Below are positions 47,505 through 55,891 of a stretch of 64,000 nucleotides of DNA, piece by piece. Each line of letters starts with the position of its first letter. Within the stretch, counting starts at the first letter, position 1. The notes under the pieces were generated by a model. The model was not told the origin of the DNA. It did not search any database and saw only the letters and a program-made list of their open reading frames with translations. This stretch comes from a virus. The DNA lies in the IMG/VR virus record IMGVR_UViG_3300034019_000586, positions 2,723 through 66,722 of that record; one strand, written 5' to 3'. The translations under genes and the position numbers were made by a program.

Positions 47505-47522
47505 TCGGGTAAATAAAAACCA

Positions 47523-47777
47523 ATGCAGAAACCAAAGCATAAATACGAATTTAAGGTTTACAACGGAAGGGTAAAAGTGTGCGTGGACGGATATGTTTTA
47601 TTCTGTTTTAACCAAATTGATTTTGTCGGATATTATTTTTTTAAGGACGACACGACCCTGTACGGCATGACATTACATTTTTTAAGAGAAGGTGCAGGAG
47701 CAAGTCAATGGGACGTTTACTTTAAGAGCAAAGCTACGTGGTTGGCCATTAACCGACTGCTTGATGAGAATATGTAA
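47523..47777 (+). CDS. Hypothetical protein
   Basis: 84 aa, directly after the promoter. Confidence 0.55.
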   Translation: MQKPKHKYEFKVYNGRVKVCVDGYVLFCFNQIDFVGYYFFKDDTTLYGMTLHFLREGAGASQWDVYFKSKATWLAINRLLDENM

Positions 47778-47795
47778 ATTAAACGAACAAAACCT

Positions 47796-48137
47796 ATGGA
47801 ATACAGACTTAAAATACCAAAACTAACAGATCAAGATTTTCATTGCCCGTGCAGCAAATTTGTTTGTGAAATCGGAGCGTGTGCCTGTCATAATTTAAAA
47901 AGCGCAAGGAACTATGATTTAAGAAGTTGTGATATTTACGTGGATTCAAGAATGAAACTTGTTTTACCCGAAATAAAAGGAGAACAAATGTATGTCTATA
48001 CTTACAGAGGGGGCAGTAAACCGAAGTCGTTAGATGAATTAAAGTTAGATCATCCAGCGAGTTATTACGCTTCTAATGGAGGTGACGTGGTAAAAAGCCT
48101 TAAAGAGCAATACGCTGAATTAAAACAAAACAAATAA
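47796..48137 (+). CDS. Hypothetical Cys-rich protein
   Basis: CPC...C...CAC cluster. Confidence 0.5.
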   Translation: MEYRLKIPKLTDQDFHCPCSKFVCEIGACACHNLKSARNYDLRSCDIYVDSRMKLVLPEIKGEQMYVYTYRGGSKPKSLDELKLDHPASYYASNGGDVVKSLKEQYAELKQNK

Positions 48138-48148
48138 ACCGCAAAACA

Positions 48149-48544
48149 ATGGCAATTAAAAAACACATCATTAGGGTTGTTTCAGACCTTGAATTTCTTT
48201 CCGATTTCAACGGGGATGAACAAAGACAATGGATTGACAAAATGCTGAATTTAGGCACAGAAGTATTTGACCTAAATCAGAAAAACCTAAAACTTGAAGA
48301 AGGAATAGCGCAACTACAATCCGCGTGTAATCAATTCACAAGTGAAAACAAGCAACTAAGAGAGCAGCTTTCAACTCACGTTCAAGTAATGGCCGAAAAC
48401 GTCACCCTGCACAAACGGATTGAGGAACTTAATTCAAAGGTTGAATCCGAAATCAGAAAACAGTCACCCGCGACCGATACTTTTACGGCAAAGTTTTCGG
48501 GAGGTGCGGAAATCAATTTAGTAATACCACAAAAACAGCAGTAA
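48149..48544 (+). CDS. Coiled-coil protein
   Basis: 131 aa with a heptad pattern. Confidence 0.5.
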   Translation: MAIKKHIIRVVSDLEFLSDFNGDEQRQWIDKMLNLGTEVFDLNQKNLKLEEGIAQLQSACNQFTSENKQLREQLSTHVQVMAENVTLHKRIEELNSKVESEIRKQSPATDTFTAKFSGGAEINLVIPQKQQ

Positions 48545-48547
48545 TTC

Positions 48548-48946
48548 ATGGAAGCAGTAACAATTAAAGGAACGGTCTATAAAATCCTTGAAAAGAAACA
48601 GATCAGCAATAACTTTACAGCGCAAGATATTGTGATTATGGTCAAGGAAACATACCGAAACGGAAACACGAAAGACCACTACATCCCGATTCAATTTAGT
48701 AACCAACGTTGCGACGAAATTGAGAAGGTTACAGAAGGTCAGGAAGTCGAGGTCAAGTTTAATTTACAAGGCAATGAATGGCAGGGTAAATTCTTTTTGA
48801 AGGCAAGCGGATGGGTAATTAATCCTTCGTCGGTTGGTTCAAGTTTGCCACAGCCGCAAAAAAGTAATTGGCCGAATAACCAGGGGACAAGCAATCAAAA
48901 TCAAGTGGTAACTACTCAAAGCAACGATCAAGATTTACCATTTTAA
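48548..48946 (+). CDS. DUF3127-family putative SSB (second paralog)
   Basis: IQFSNQR...GQEVE...EWQGKFF shared with 22461..22847; DLPF tail. Confidence 0.8.
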   Translation: MEAVTIKGTVYKILEKKQISNNFTAQDIVIMVKETYRNGNTKDHYIPIQFSNQRCDEIEKVTEGQEVEVKFNLQGNEWQGKFFLKASGWVINPSSVGSSLPQPQKSNWPNNQGTSNQNQVVTTQSNDQDLPF

Positions 48947-49027
48947 TCTACATCTGCAAACAAAGAAAAAGGGTAAAGCCGCCCCGTCAAAAGGCTAAGG
49001 ATAGGTTTTGGTTTTTAAGTTAAGGTG

Positions 49028-49060
49028 AAAGCCCTCGAAACGTCGGGGGTTTTTATTTTT
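49028..49060 (+). terminator. Intrinsic terminator
   Basis: AAAGCCCTCGA-AACG-TCGGGGGTTTTT. Confidence 0.75.
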
Positions 49061-49150
49061 GTTAAAAACCCGTTAGAAACCGATAATGAACATTTTTATA
49101 CATAAAATAAAATAGGCTTAAATTTGTAGTGAAATAAAAACAAAATTAAA

Positions 49151-49294
49151 ATGGGAAGAAAACCAGTTGATTCAGAACTAAAGAAAAAAACAGTAACTCT
49201 TGGGGTTCAGACAAAACACATTGATGCTTGGGGCGGTGAACAGAACTTGAAAGAAAAGATCATGGAATTTATTGAGGCAGGAGTTAAAGCATGA
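49151..49294 (+). CDS. Small putative DNA-binding protein (47 aa, not in ORF track)
   Basis: MGRKPVDSELKKKTVTLGV...; follows a TAAATTTG box (49119-49126) and has an ATGA overlap with the next gene. Confidence 0.5.
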   Translation: MGRKPVDSELKKKTVTLGVQTKHIDAWGGEQNLKEKIMEFIEAGVKA

Positions 49295-49572
49295 TTAGGC
49301 CACACGACTACTCCATTGTTGTTCGCCCCGAAACACAAAGCGAAACAACGGAATCGGGATTAATTTATATCCCTGACGTTTCAAAATCACCCATGTTATA
49401 TGGCGAAGTTTTGATGATTGGTGATGAGATTAATTCAGATGAAACGGTTTTGGTTGGGGAAACGGTTTATTTCCTAAAGGGTAAATATGTTTCAGACGAC
49501 GACGGAAACGTTATTATTTCGGTATCTGCGGTAATTGATTTTAGCGGAAAGAAGATAGTTGTAACTGACTAA
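49291..49572 (+). CDS. GroES-like co-chaperonin
   Basis: IRPHDYSIVVRP...TTESGLIYIP...GEVLMIG...VLVGETVYF matches the Cpn10 pattern. Confidence 0.75.
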   Translation: MIRPHDYSIVVRPETQSETTESGLIYIPDVSKSPMLYGEVLMIGDEINSDETVLVGETVYFLKGKYVSDDDGNVIISVSAVIDFSGKKIVVTD

Positions 49573-49787
49573 TGGCTACAAAGGTTGAAATTTACCGAAG
49601 GTGCATAGAGTTGGTGGAGAGATTAATTTTGGAAGAAATACCACTAACAGCCATGATGAAAACGGTTGACCCCGTTGGGCAGGTATCTTCGAGGAAGTTA
49701 ATTAATACCGATACCGAAATTACAATGGCGGATTTGGATAGGATTGACAAGGCGATTGATAAAGTATGCTTACAAAAGCGAACATAA
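49572..49787 (+). CDS. Hypothetical protein
   Basis: 71 aa, coupled to neighbours. Confidence 0.5.
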   Translation: MATKVEIYRRCIELVERLILEEIPLTAMMKTVDPVGQVSSRKLINTDTEITMADLDRIDKAIDKVCLQKRT

Positions 49788-50053
49788 ATTTATATCTTGG
49801 CATTATGGCGGTTTATGACTTCTATATTGAACAACATAAAGTGCCAAAGGTCAATCATGCAGAGTTAATTAATCACCCCAAAAGCATTGAGGCATATCCA
49901 TTAATTAGGTCAAGGGATATTCAATGCCGGAGATTTAACCATAAGCGTAAGATAACAAAAACAGTTCTAAATAAATATAAATTAATTCTACAAGCAGCAC
50001 ATGAATGCAGAGCAGCAAAAATTGGTGAGCCAAAGGGTTCAAAGAGATCGTGA
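49766..50053 (+). CDS. Hypothetical protein
   Basis: 95 aa, overlapping both neighbours. Confidence 0.45.
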   Translation: MLTKANINLYLGIMAVYDFYIEQHKVPKVNHAELINHPKSIEAYPLIRSRDIQCRRFNHKRKITKTVLNKYKLILQAAHECRAAKIGEPKGSKRS

Positions 50054-50264
50054 CTTCGCCAACATCTTTATGGGCGAGGTTATGGCTAAACGCAAAATGA
50101 GAATGGACGCCATTGAAACATCTATTCGAGTAGCGCAAAACGCAAAAGAAACGCCCGACACGGACAAGATGTTGACGGACGCTGAAAAGATTTACCAATA
50201 CCTGATTAAAGACGGTCAGCTTTCAGACCTTGCCGAAGGCGGCAGCAACCTTAGACTTTCTTAA
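50001..50264 (+). CDS. Hypothetical protein
   Basis: 87 aa, containing MLTDAEKIYQYL. Confidence 0.5.
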   Translation: MNAEQQKLVSQRVQRDRDFANIFMGEVMAKRKMRMDAIETSIRVAQNAKETPDTDKMLTDAEKIYQYLIKDGQLSDLAEGGSNLRLS

Positions 50265-50277
50265 TTAATTTAGCAGC

Positions 50278-51138
50278 ATGAAGCTAACGAAAGATGAGTT
50301 TGAAAAGGTAAGATTTATTCGTGAGTGCGTGGTGGAAATACCATCGCTACAAACCAACATTGTAAAAGTCGGTGACACCGAAATTGAGATTGTCACCGAC
50401 TATACTTTGTCGGAAGAAACTAAATCTATTGAGCGTAAAAAATGGTTTGAACTTGGGGCTAAACTTGCGTCCATGCCGCGAGAAACAGAAGAAAAGAAAG
50501 CACTTCGCAAGGAATACATTGAGATAAAAAACAGACTGAGGCAGAAAGGTGAGGAAAGAGAAACAGAACAGGTTTCCAAAAACAGAAATGCCACAAGAAA
50601 AGGAAAGTTAATTAAGTTGCCCCTAAGCACAAACATTGTTGACGGCAACATATTTAGCTGTGAACTTGACTGCAAAGAAGGTGACGAGGTTTACTTTGAT
50701 GCCTTTTGGACGCAGCAGGAAATCGCAAAAAAGTTTGACGCCAAAACGGGCGACGACTACATAATTCATGTTGAGGACAAAATTTATTTGAGAGTTCCTG
50801 CGGTGTCCTTGTTTTGTAGTGTGGATGCAGAAGGTAATTACAAGGGACTAAACGGGTTTTTGGTTGCCGAGCCACTTGACGCAGACAACACCATGATTAC
50901 GGAAGGTGGCATTATAATTAATTCAGAGCCTAAAAACTTACCGAGAGCGAGGGTTGTTGGCGTATCTTCTTACTTGCCTAAATTCAGAAACGCTTCGGTA
51001 TTTATGAATACAAAGGTTAAGAAAGGAGATATTGTGTACACCGAGCCGAGATACCAAACGTGGCTTGACAAAACAAGCGGAGGTAAAAACTCACTTGTGA
51101 GAATACCAAACTTTAAGATTTTGAAAATTGAAGATTGA
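50278..51138 (+). CDS. Extended GroES-like protein (probably two GroES-like domains)
   Basis: CKEGDEVYF and GLNGFLVAEP...TEGGIII...ARVVGV...VKKGDIVY segments. Confidence 0.55.
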   Translation: MKLTKDEFEKVRFIRECVVEIPSLQTNIVKVGDTEIEIVTDYTLSEETKSIERKKWFELGAKLASMPRETEEKKALRKEYIEIKNRLRQKGEERETEQVSKNRNATRKGKLIKLPLSTNIVDGNIFSCELDCKEGDEVYFDAFWTQQEIAKKFDAKTGDDYIIHVEDKIYLRVPAVSLFCSVDAEGNYKGLNGFLVAEPLDADNTMITEGGIIINSEPKNLPRARVVGVSSYLPKFRNASVFMNTKVKKGDIVYTEPRYQTWLDKTSGGKNSLVRIPNFKILKIED

Positions 51139-51775
51139 GGGCATCATAACGTCTTACAACAGGCACGACCTACTTTATCAAACGCTAAAGTCGATTAAGG
51201 AATTTATGTTTGACGAAATTTCGACACTGTACGTTGTCGAAGATAGCGAACACACCAATTCTTTTTTATCCGTTTGTTCGGAATTTTCAGAATTTGTTCA
51301 GCCGTTGCCGCTTGATATGCACACAGGTCACGTTTACGCCATAGACTATGCAATGCAAAAAGTCACTACGAAATACTATTTTCATGGCGAAGATGATTTT
51401 CAATGTATAAAGTCAGGTTTTACAAGTTTTACAGGGCTTCTTGAATACGGAAACGGTGTTTTAGAGGTAAACGGCAGGGGGAGGGATAGAAAGGCGGTTA
51501 ATCATCATCCAATTAATTCAGAAGGTATTTTGTCAACGGACTATCACGGGTGGACGGGCAAGATGTGGTCGCCATGTATATGCAGATTAAGTGAGTACAA
51601 GAAACTTGGGCGTTATTCAGATCATGTTACTTTTGATGCGACAAGGCCGTTTATGGCAGAAAAGGAAATAGGAAAAAAAATGATGAAGGAATTTAACGGG
51701 TGCTACGTCACGGAATCACCTTATTTTGAACATATAGGCGAAAATAGATCAACTTCTAAATTTATTAAGCAATGA
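51128..51775 (+). CDS. Glycosyltransferase, GT-A fold (GT2-like)
   Basis: IITSYNRHDLL...VVEDS...YYFHGEDDF...HIG. Confidence 0.75.
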   Translation: MKIEGIITSYNRHDLLYQTLKSIKEFMFDEISTLYVVEDSEHTNSFLSVCSEFSEFVQPLPLDMHTGHVYAIDYAMQKVTTKYYFHGEDDFQCIKSGFTSFTGLLEYGNGVLEVNGRGRDRKAVNHHPINSEGILSTDYHGWTGKMWSPCICRLSEYKKLGRYSDHVTFDATRPFMAEKEIGKKMMKEFNGCYVTESPYFEHIGENRSTSKFIKQ

Positions 51776-52383
51776 AGATACCACACATTATGCCGTTTCA
51801 GTTAGAACCGTTTAACGGGGATAAATTTATTGAAGCGGAATTTATATTGCTAAAAAACAAGTTCGGGCTTAATACAGCTTTTGAAACAGGTACTTGTTTT
51901 GGTAGCAGCACATTGTTCCTTTCGGATAACTTTGATAGGGTTGTGACAATAGAAAACAATATTGAATATCTAAATATTGCTCACCAAAGACTAAAGGAAG
52001 GAGAGCGCACAAACGTCAAAACCGTTTTTGGAGATAGCGGGGAAGTCACATACGACGCAATAGTTGATAACCTTGTTGATGACAAAACAATGTTTTTTCT
52101 TGATGCGCATTTTAATTCATATTGCCCGCTTCGGGACGAGTTAAAAGCAATTGCACTTGCGGGAATTAAACCCGTGATAGCAATACACGATTTCAAAGTT
52201 CCTGAGCAAAGCGGGCTTGGATTTGATTCATATAACGGGCAAGACTTTGAATTGGCTTGGATATTTTCAGACCTAAACGAAATTTATGGTCAGGGCGAAT
52301 GGGAGTATCATTACAACACAGAAGAAAATTCAGCGGGTGCAAAACGAGGAATAATTTATATCTATGGTAAGGTTACTGATTAA
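51772..52383 (+). CDS. Class I SAM-dependent methyltransferase-like protein
   Basis: FETGTCFG, VVTIE, GDS and FFLDAH. Confidence 0.75.
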   Translation: MKIPHIMPFQLEPFNGDKFIEAEFILLKNKFGLNTAFETGTCFGSSTLFLSDNFDRVVTIENNIEYLNIAHQRLKEGERTNVKTVFGDSGEVTYDAIVDNLVDDKTMFFLDAHFNSYCPLRDELKAIALAGIKPVIAIHDFKVPEQSGLGFDSYNGQDFELAWIFSDLNEIYGQGEWEYHYNTEENSAGAKRGIIYIYGKVTD

Positions 52384-53008
52384 TTACTACGTTGACCCCG
52401 ATTTTGAAAGGAACGAGGAGTTGTTGATTTGCCTTGCCAATAACTGTCAAAATTCAGAGATAGACGAGGTTTGTTGTTTTACGGAAGTAGAGCCGCCCGA
52501 CTTTGGTTCGGTTGAAAAAGTGAACTTTGGTGGTCGGCCAACTTTTGAGGACTTCTTTCACTACATAAACAGGGTTGCAGAACCTAATGATATTTCGATT
52601 ATCTGCAATTCGGATATATTCTTTAACTCAAAAGACGTGAAGATGATTAAGGCCAATCTTCAAACACACGAATGTTATACCTTATCAAGATATGATTTAG
52701 ATGAAAAGGGAAACGCGGTATTGTTTGACCGAGCAGATAGTCAAGACGCTTGGGTATTTCGCGGAAGGGTAAAAACCCCGAAGTCATGTAGGTATCACAT
52801 GGGAAAACCCGGCATTGATAACGCAATAGCAGAAAGACTTCAAACCGCAGGGTACACGGTAAAAAACCCCTCAAAGTCAATCAAGTCATATCATGTTCAC
52901 GTAACTAATTTAAGGCGGTATAACAGGGTAGAAACGATTGAAAAGCCGTATCTATTAATTACACCGCATCTTATCGGAGAAACACCACAATATAGAACAA
53001 TACAATGA
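52364..53008 (+). CDS. Putative glycosyltransferase
   Basis: ICNSDIFF...LSRYD...SQDAWVF...G.PGIDN...NPS...HVH GT-A-like pattern. Confidence 0.6.
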   Translation: MVRLLINYYVDPDFERNEELLICLANNCQNSEIDEVCCFTEVEPPDFGSVEKVNFGGRPTFEDFFHYINRVAEPNDISIICNSDIFFNSKDVKMIKANLQTHECYTLSRYDLDEKGNAVLFDRADSQDAWVFRGRVKTPKSCRYHMGKPGIDNAIAERLQTAGYTVKNPSKSIKSYHVHVTNLRRYNRVETIEKPYLLITPHLIGETPQYRTIQ

Positions 53009-53664
53009 GTTGGATTAAGGAAATTAAAGACATAAGAAAAAAGGGCGGTTCGGGTCAGTTTGAGGAATCCGAAATCATTGCTTTTATTTTTGAAAACATA
53101 GGAACTATCAATAAATTCTTAGTTGATTTAGGTTGTGGGGCTTACGGTGACGCAACCATGAGCAACACCCGCGACATGATGAATAGTGGTTGGAAGGGAT
53201 TTGGCGTTGACATGAATCTGGTGGCAGATGAGTGGGTGGTTCAAAGTTTTATCCAACCACAAACTATTGTCACCTTATTAAACGGAAAGGAAACACCAAA
53301 AGAATTTGACTTTCTGAATTTAGATATTGATTCATCAGACTTTTGGGTTCTTAAAAACATTCTTGAAGCAGGATTTAAGCCGCGACTAATTTGTGCGGAG
53401 TACAACGGAACATTAGACCCCAATAAATCACTTGTGCTTGAATACGAAGAAGTATATACGTGGGACGGAACTAACAAGTACGGTTTTTCTCTTGGTGCGG
53501 GAAAAAAGCTATTAAAAAAACACGGCTACACCATAATTTACTGTCAGCACGACACCAATCTATTTGCTATACCGACAGAACTTGTAAATGAACAAGTCGA
53601 ACTTAATGCGAAACAAAATTTATATCATCCAATCAATCCAAACGCGGTTTGGGTAAATTACTAA
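53005..53664 (+). CDS. FkbM-like methyltransferase
   Basis: VDLGCG...SNT...GWKG...FDFLNLDIDSSDFW...PRLICAEYN. Confidence 0.7.
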   Translation: MSWIKEIKDIRKKGGSGQFEESEIIAFIFENIGTINKFLVDLGCGAYGDATMSNTRDMMNSGWKGFGVDMNLVADEWVVQSFIQPQTIVTLLNGKETPKEFDFLNLDIDSSDFWVLKNILEAGFKPRLICAEYNGTLDPNKSLVLEYEEVYTWDGTNKYGFSLGAGKKLLKKHGYTIIYCQHDTNLFAIPTELVNEQVELNAKQNLYHPINPNAVWVNY

Positions 53665-53668
53665 TACT

Positions 53669-54595
53669 ATGCGCCTACTTAATATTGGAATGTTTAACCG
53701 TCACGAGGGTCAGGAATCCATGCGGATGGCTCTTGAAAGCATAAGCACTTACTACGAGGAATACAGTTTTGAGAACAACCTTGCTTCGGCAGTTGACGCA
53801 TATCGAAAGGCTGCGGGAAAGTTTGATGTAATATTTCTCCATGTTCAAAGAGATGGCGTAATACCGCTTGACAGAACAAAGTTCTTACATTCACAAGGTG
53901 TTAAAATTTACAACTTTACAGGCGACGTAAGACAACCTATACCGAGGTGGTATCACGAACTTGCGCCATACGTCACTACACTATTTTCTAACCTAACAGA
54001 CGCGGAGGTATTTAATTCATTGGGGTTTAAGGCACATTATTTTCAAGTGGGTTACAACGAGCATTACTACAATAAAGACGTTGCAGCCAATCCAAAATCA
54101 CCCGAAATTGTGTTTATGGGGAATAACTACAACAACACATTTCCTCTTGGTGGATTAAGAAAAGAAATGGTTGAGAACCTAAGAAAAAGATACGGAAACA
54201 GGTTTGAAGTATTTGGTTGTGGATGGGGCAAATCACAAAATCTTAATCAACTTCAACTTGAAGAAGCCCGTATTTATCGTGGTTGCAAGATTGCAATTAA
54301 TTTATCGCACTTCAACCTAAAGCGGTATTCGAGCGATAGACTTTTTAGAATACTGGCTTGCGGAACTTTCTGCCTTACTCATAGGTACAAACAGATTGAA
54401 ACCGAATTTACAGATGGGGAAGACCTTGTTTGCTTTGATAGTCTTAATCACCTTTATGAATTGATTGATAAATACTTGGAGTTGCCCGAAGAAAGACACA
54501 GAATTGCAATGAACGGAAACAGAAAGTGTGAATCCGAATTTACTTGGGGCGCAAGGATGCAGCAACTTGTTTCCATAATTAATTCAAATGGATAG
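53669..54595 (+). CDS. CgeB-like glycosyltransferase (GT-B)
   Basis: IVFMGN...R...FGCGW...YRGCKIAIN...SDRLFRILACGTF...RHRIAMNG. Confidence 0.8.
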   Translation: MRLLNIGMFNRHEGQESMRMALESISTYYEEYSFENNLASAVDAYRKAAGKFDVIFLHVQRDGVIPLDRTKFLHSQGVKIYNFTGDVRQPIPRWYHELAPYVTTLFSNLTDAEVFNSLGFKAHYFQVGYNEHYYNKDVAANPKSPEIVFMGNNYNNTFPLGGLRKEMVENLRKRYGNRFEVFGCGWGKSQNLNQLQLEEARIYRGCKIAINLSHFNLKRYSSDRLFRILACGTFCLTHRYKQIETEFTDGEDLVCFDSLNHLYELIDKYLELPEERHRIAMNGNRKCESEFTWGARMQQLVSIINSNG

Positions 54596-55232
54596 TTGTT
54601 TTATAGTACCATATCGAAAACGTGAAGAACACTTAAAAAAGTTTGTTTCGCATTATTCCAAAATAATGCCTGACACTCCTATTTATGTAATTGAACAAGC
54701 AGACGACAACCCATTTAACAGGGCTAAATTATTCAACGTTGGGTTTGATCTTTTACGGCAGAACTATGGTAACTTCATATTCCATGATGTTGACCAATTG
54801 ATTGATGTCAAACGTTGTGACCCAATCACAGCCTATGCAAGTACCGATAACGTAGTTCATTTGGGTACAAAATTAGAACAGTTTGGATATAAATTACCTG
54901 ACAAAGAGTTTTTTGGAGGCATCACCATATTTTCAAGGTCAGCAATGGAAAAAATTAATGGATGGAGTAATTTGATATGGGGATGGGGCAGTGAGGCCGA
55001 AATGGTTCGTGACGACTTAATTAAGAAGGGAGTGCCGATTGAATCAAGGGAGGCTTACTACAAATCACTACCGCACGAAAGGAGTTACATATCACATGAA
55101 TTAATCAAGGCGGGGTGCGCCATAAGACAAGCGGGAAAGAACGATGATGTTGACGGACTTTCACACCTTCAATACAAAGTGAATGGTGCGAAACTTAATG
55201 TTAAGCACACCGTAATAAAAGTAGAACTGTAA
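54588..55232 (+). CDS. Beta-1,4-galactosyltransferase-like protein (GT7)
   Basis: IVPYRKREEHL...IEQ...PFNRAKLFNVG...FIFHDVD...FFGG...INGWSN..WGWG.E. Confidence 0.88.
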   Translation: MDSCFIVPYRKREEHLKKFVSHYSKIMPDTPIYVIEQADDNPFNRAKLFNVGFDLLRQNYGNFIFHDVDQLIDVKRCDPITAYASTDNVVHLGTKLEQFGYKLPDKEFFGGITIFSRSAMEKINGWSNLIWGWGSEAEMVRDDLIKKGVPIESREAYYKSLPHERSYISHELIKAGCAIRQAGKNDDVDGLSHLQYKVNGAKLNVKHTVIKVEL

Positions 55233-55243
55233 AATAAAGACAG

Positions 55244-55891
55244 ATGGAGTACGAAAAAATGCAATATTTTATAGAAAACGTTCCCGACAACGAAAGTGTT
55301 ATTGAGCGTTTTCCCGACCTACTTGCACAGGCGCACGTCTTTATGAGTGAATCAGACCTTCCATCAGATGTTTCGGCTGACAAGGTTATGAGGTACTTAA
55401 TTTATATGTACGACCCCAACACACCACTAAGACGCGAAATACCCGACATAAAGAAAAGAAAGCAGTTTACCCTGACTAAATTAAACATAGTCAAGTTGGG
55501 CGACACCGAAGTTCCCGAAGGTTATTCCGAAATGTGCGGGATGAATAAGGATTGGATAGTGACACGATTTATAGCCTTTACTAAATTTTTTAAGTCAATG
55601 GCGTATGAGAAACTTCTTGTGGCAGAGGAACGATACGCGCAGATGAACAACCTTATTTTGACTTCTGTAATTGACAAGGCTACGGATGACAAAAACCTAC
55701 AAACAGGTAGAAAGGCTTGGTATGACGACATTAAGGAAGCCTTGCAAGAAATAATGGATGGCGAAAGTTCCAAAAGACTTGAAGAAAGCATTGTGTTTAC
55801 GGTGAAGATGGAAAGCATGGGGTTAAGACCCGAAGAATACAGCAGACAATACAGGGAAACAGGAAATTTATTTAGCGACATTGTGCCATGA
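55244..55891 (+). CDS. Hypothetical protein (possible terminase small subunit)
   Basis: 215-aa helical protein with an ATGA overlap to the terminase gene; call is positional only. Confidence 0.4.
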   Translation: MEYEKMQYFIENVPDNESVIERFPDLLAQAHVFMSESDLPSDVSADKVMRYLIYMYDPNTPLRREIPDIKKRKQFTLTKLNIVKLGDTEVPEGYSEMCGMNKDWIVTRFIAFTKFFKSMAYEKLLVAEERYAQMNNLILTSVIDKATDDKNLQTGRKAWYDDIKEALQEIMDGESSKRLEESIVFTVKMESMGLRPEEYSRQYRETGNLFSDIVP

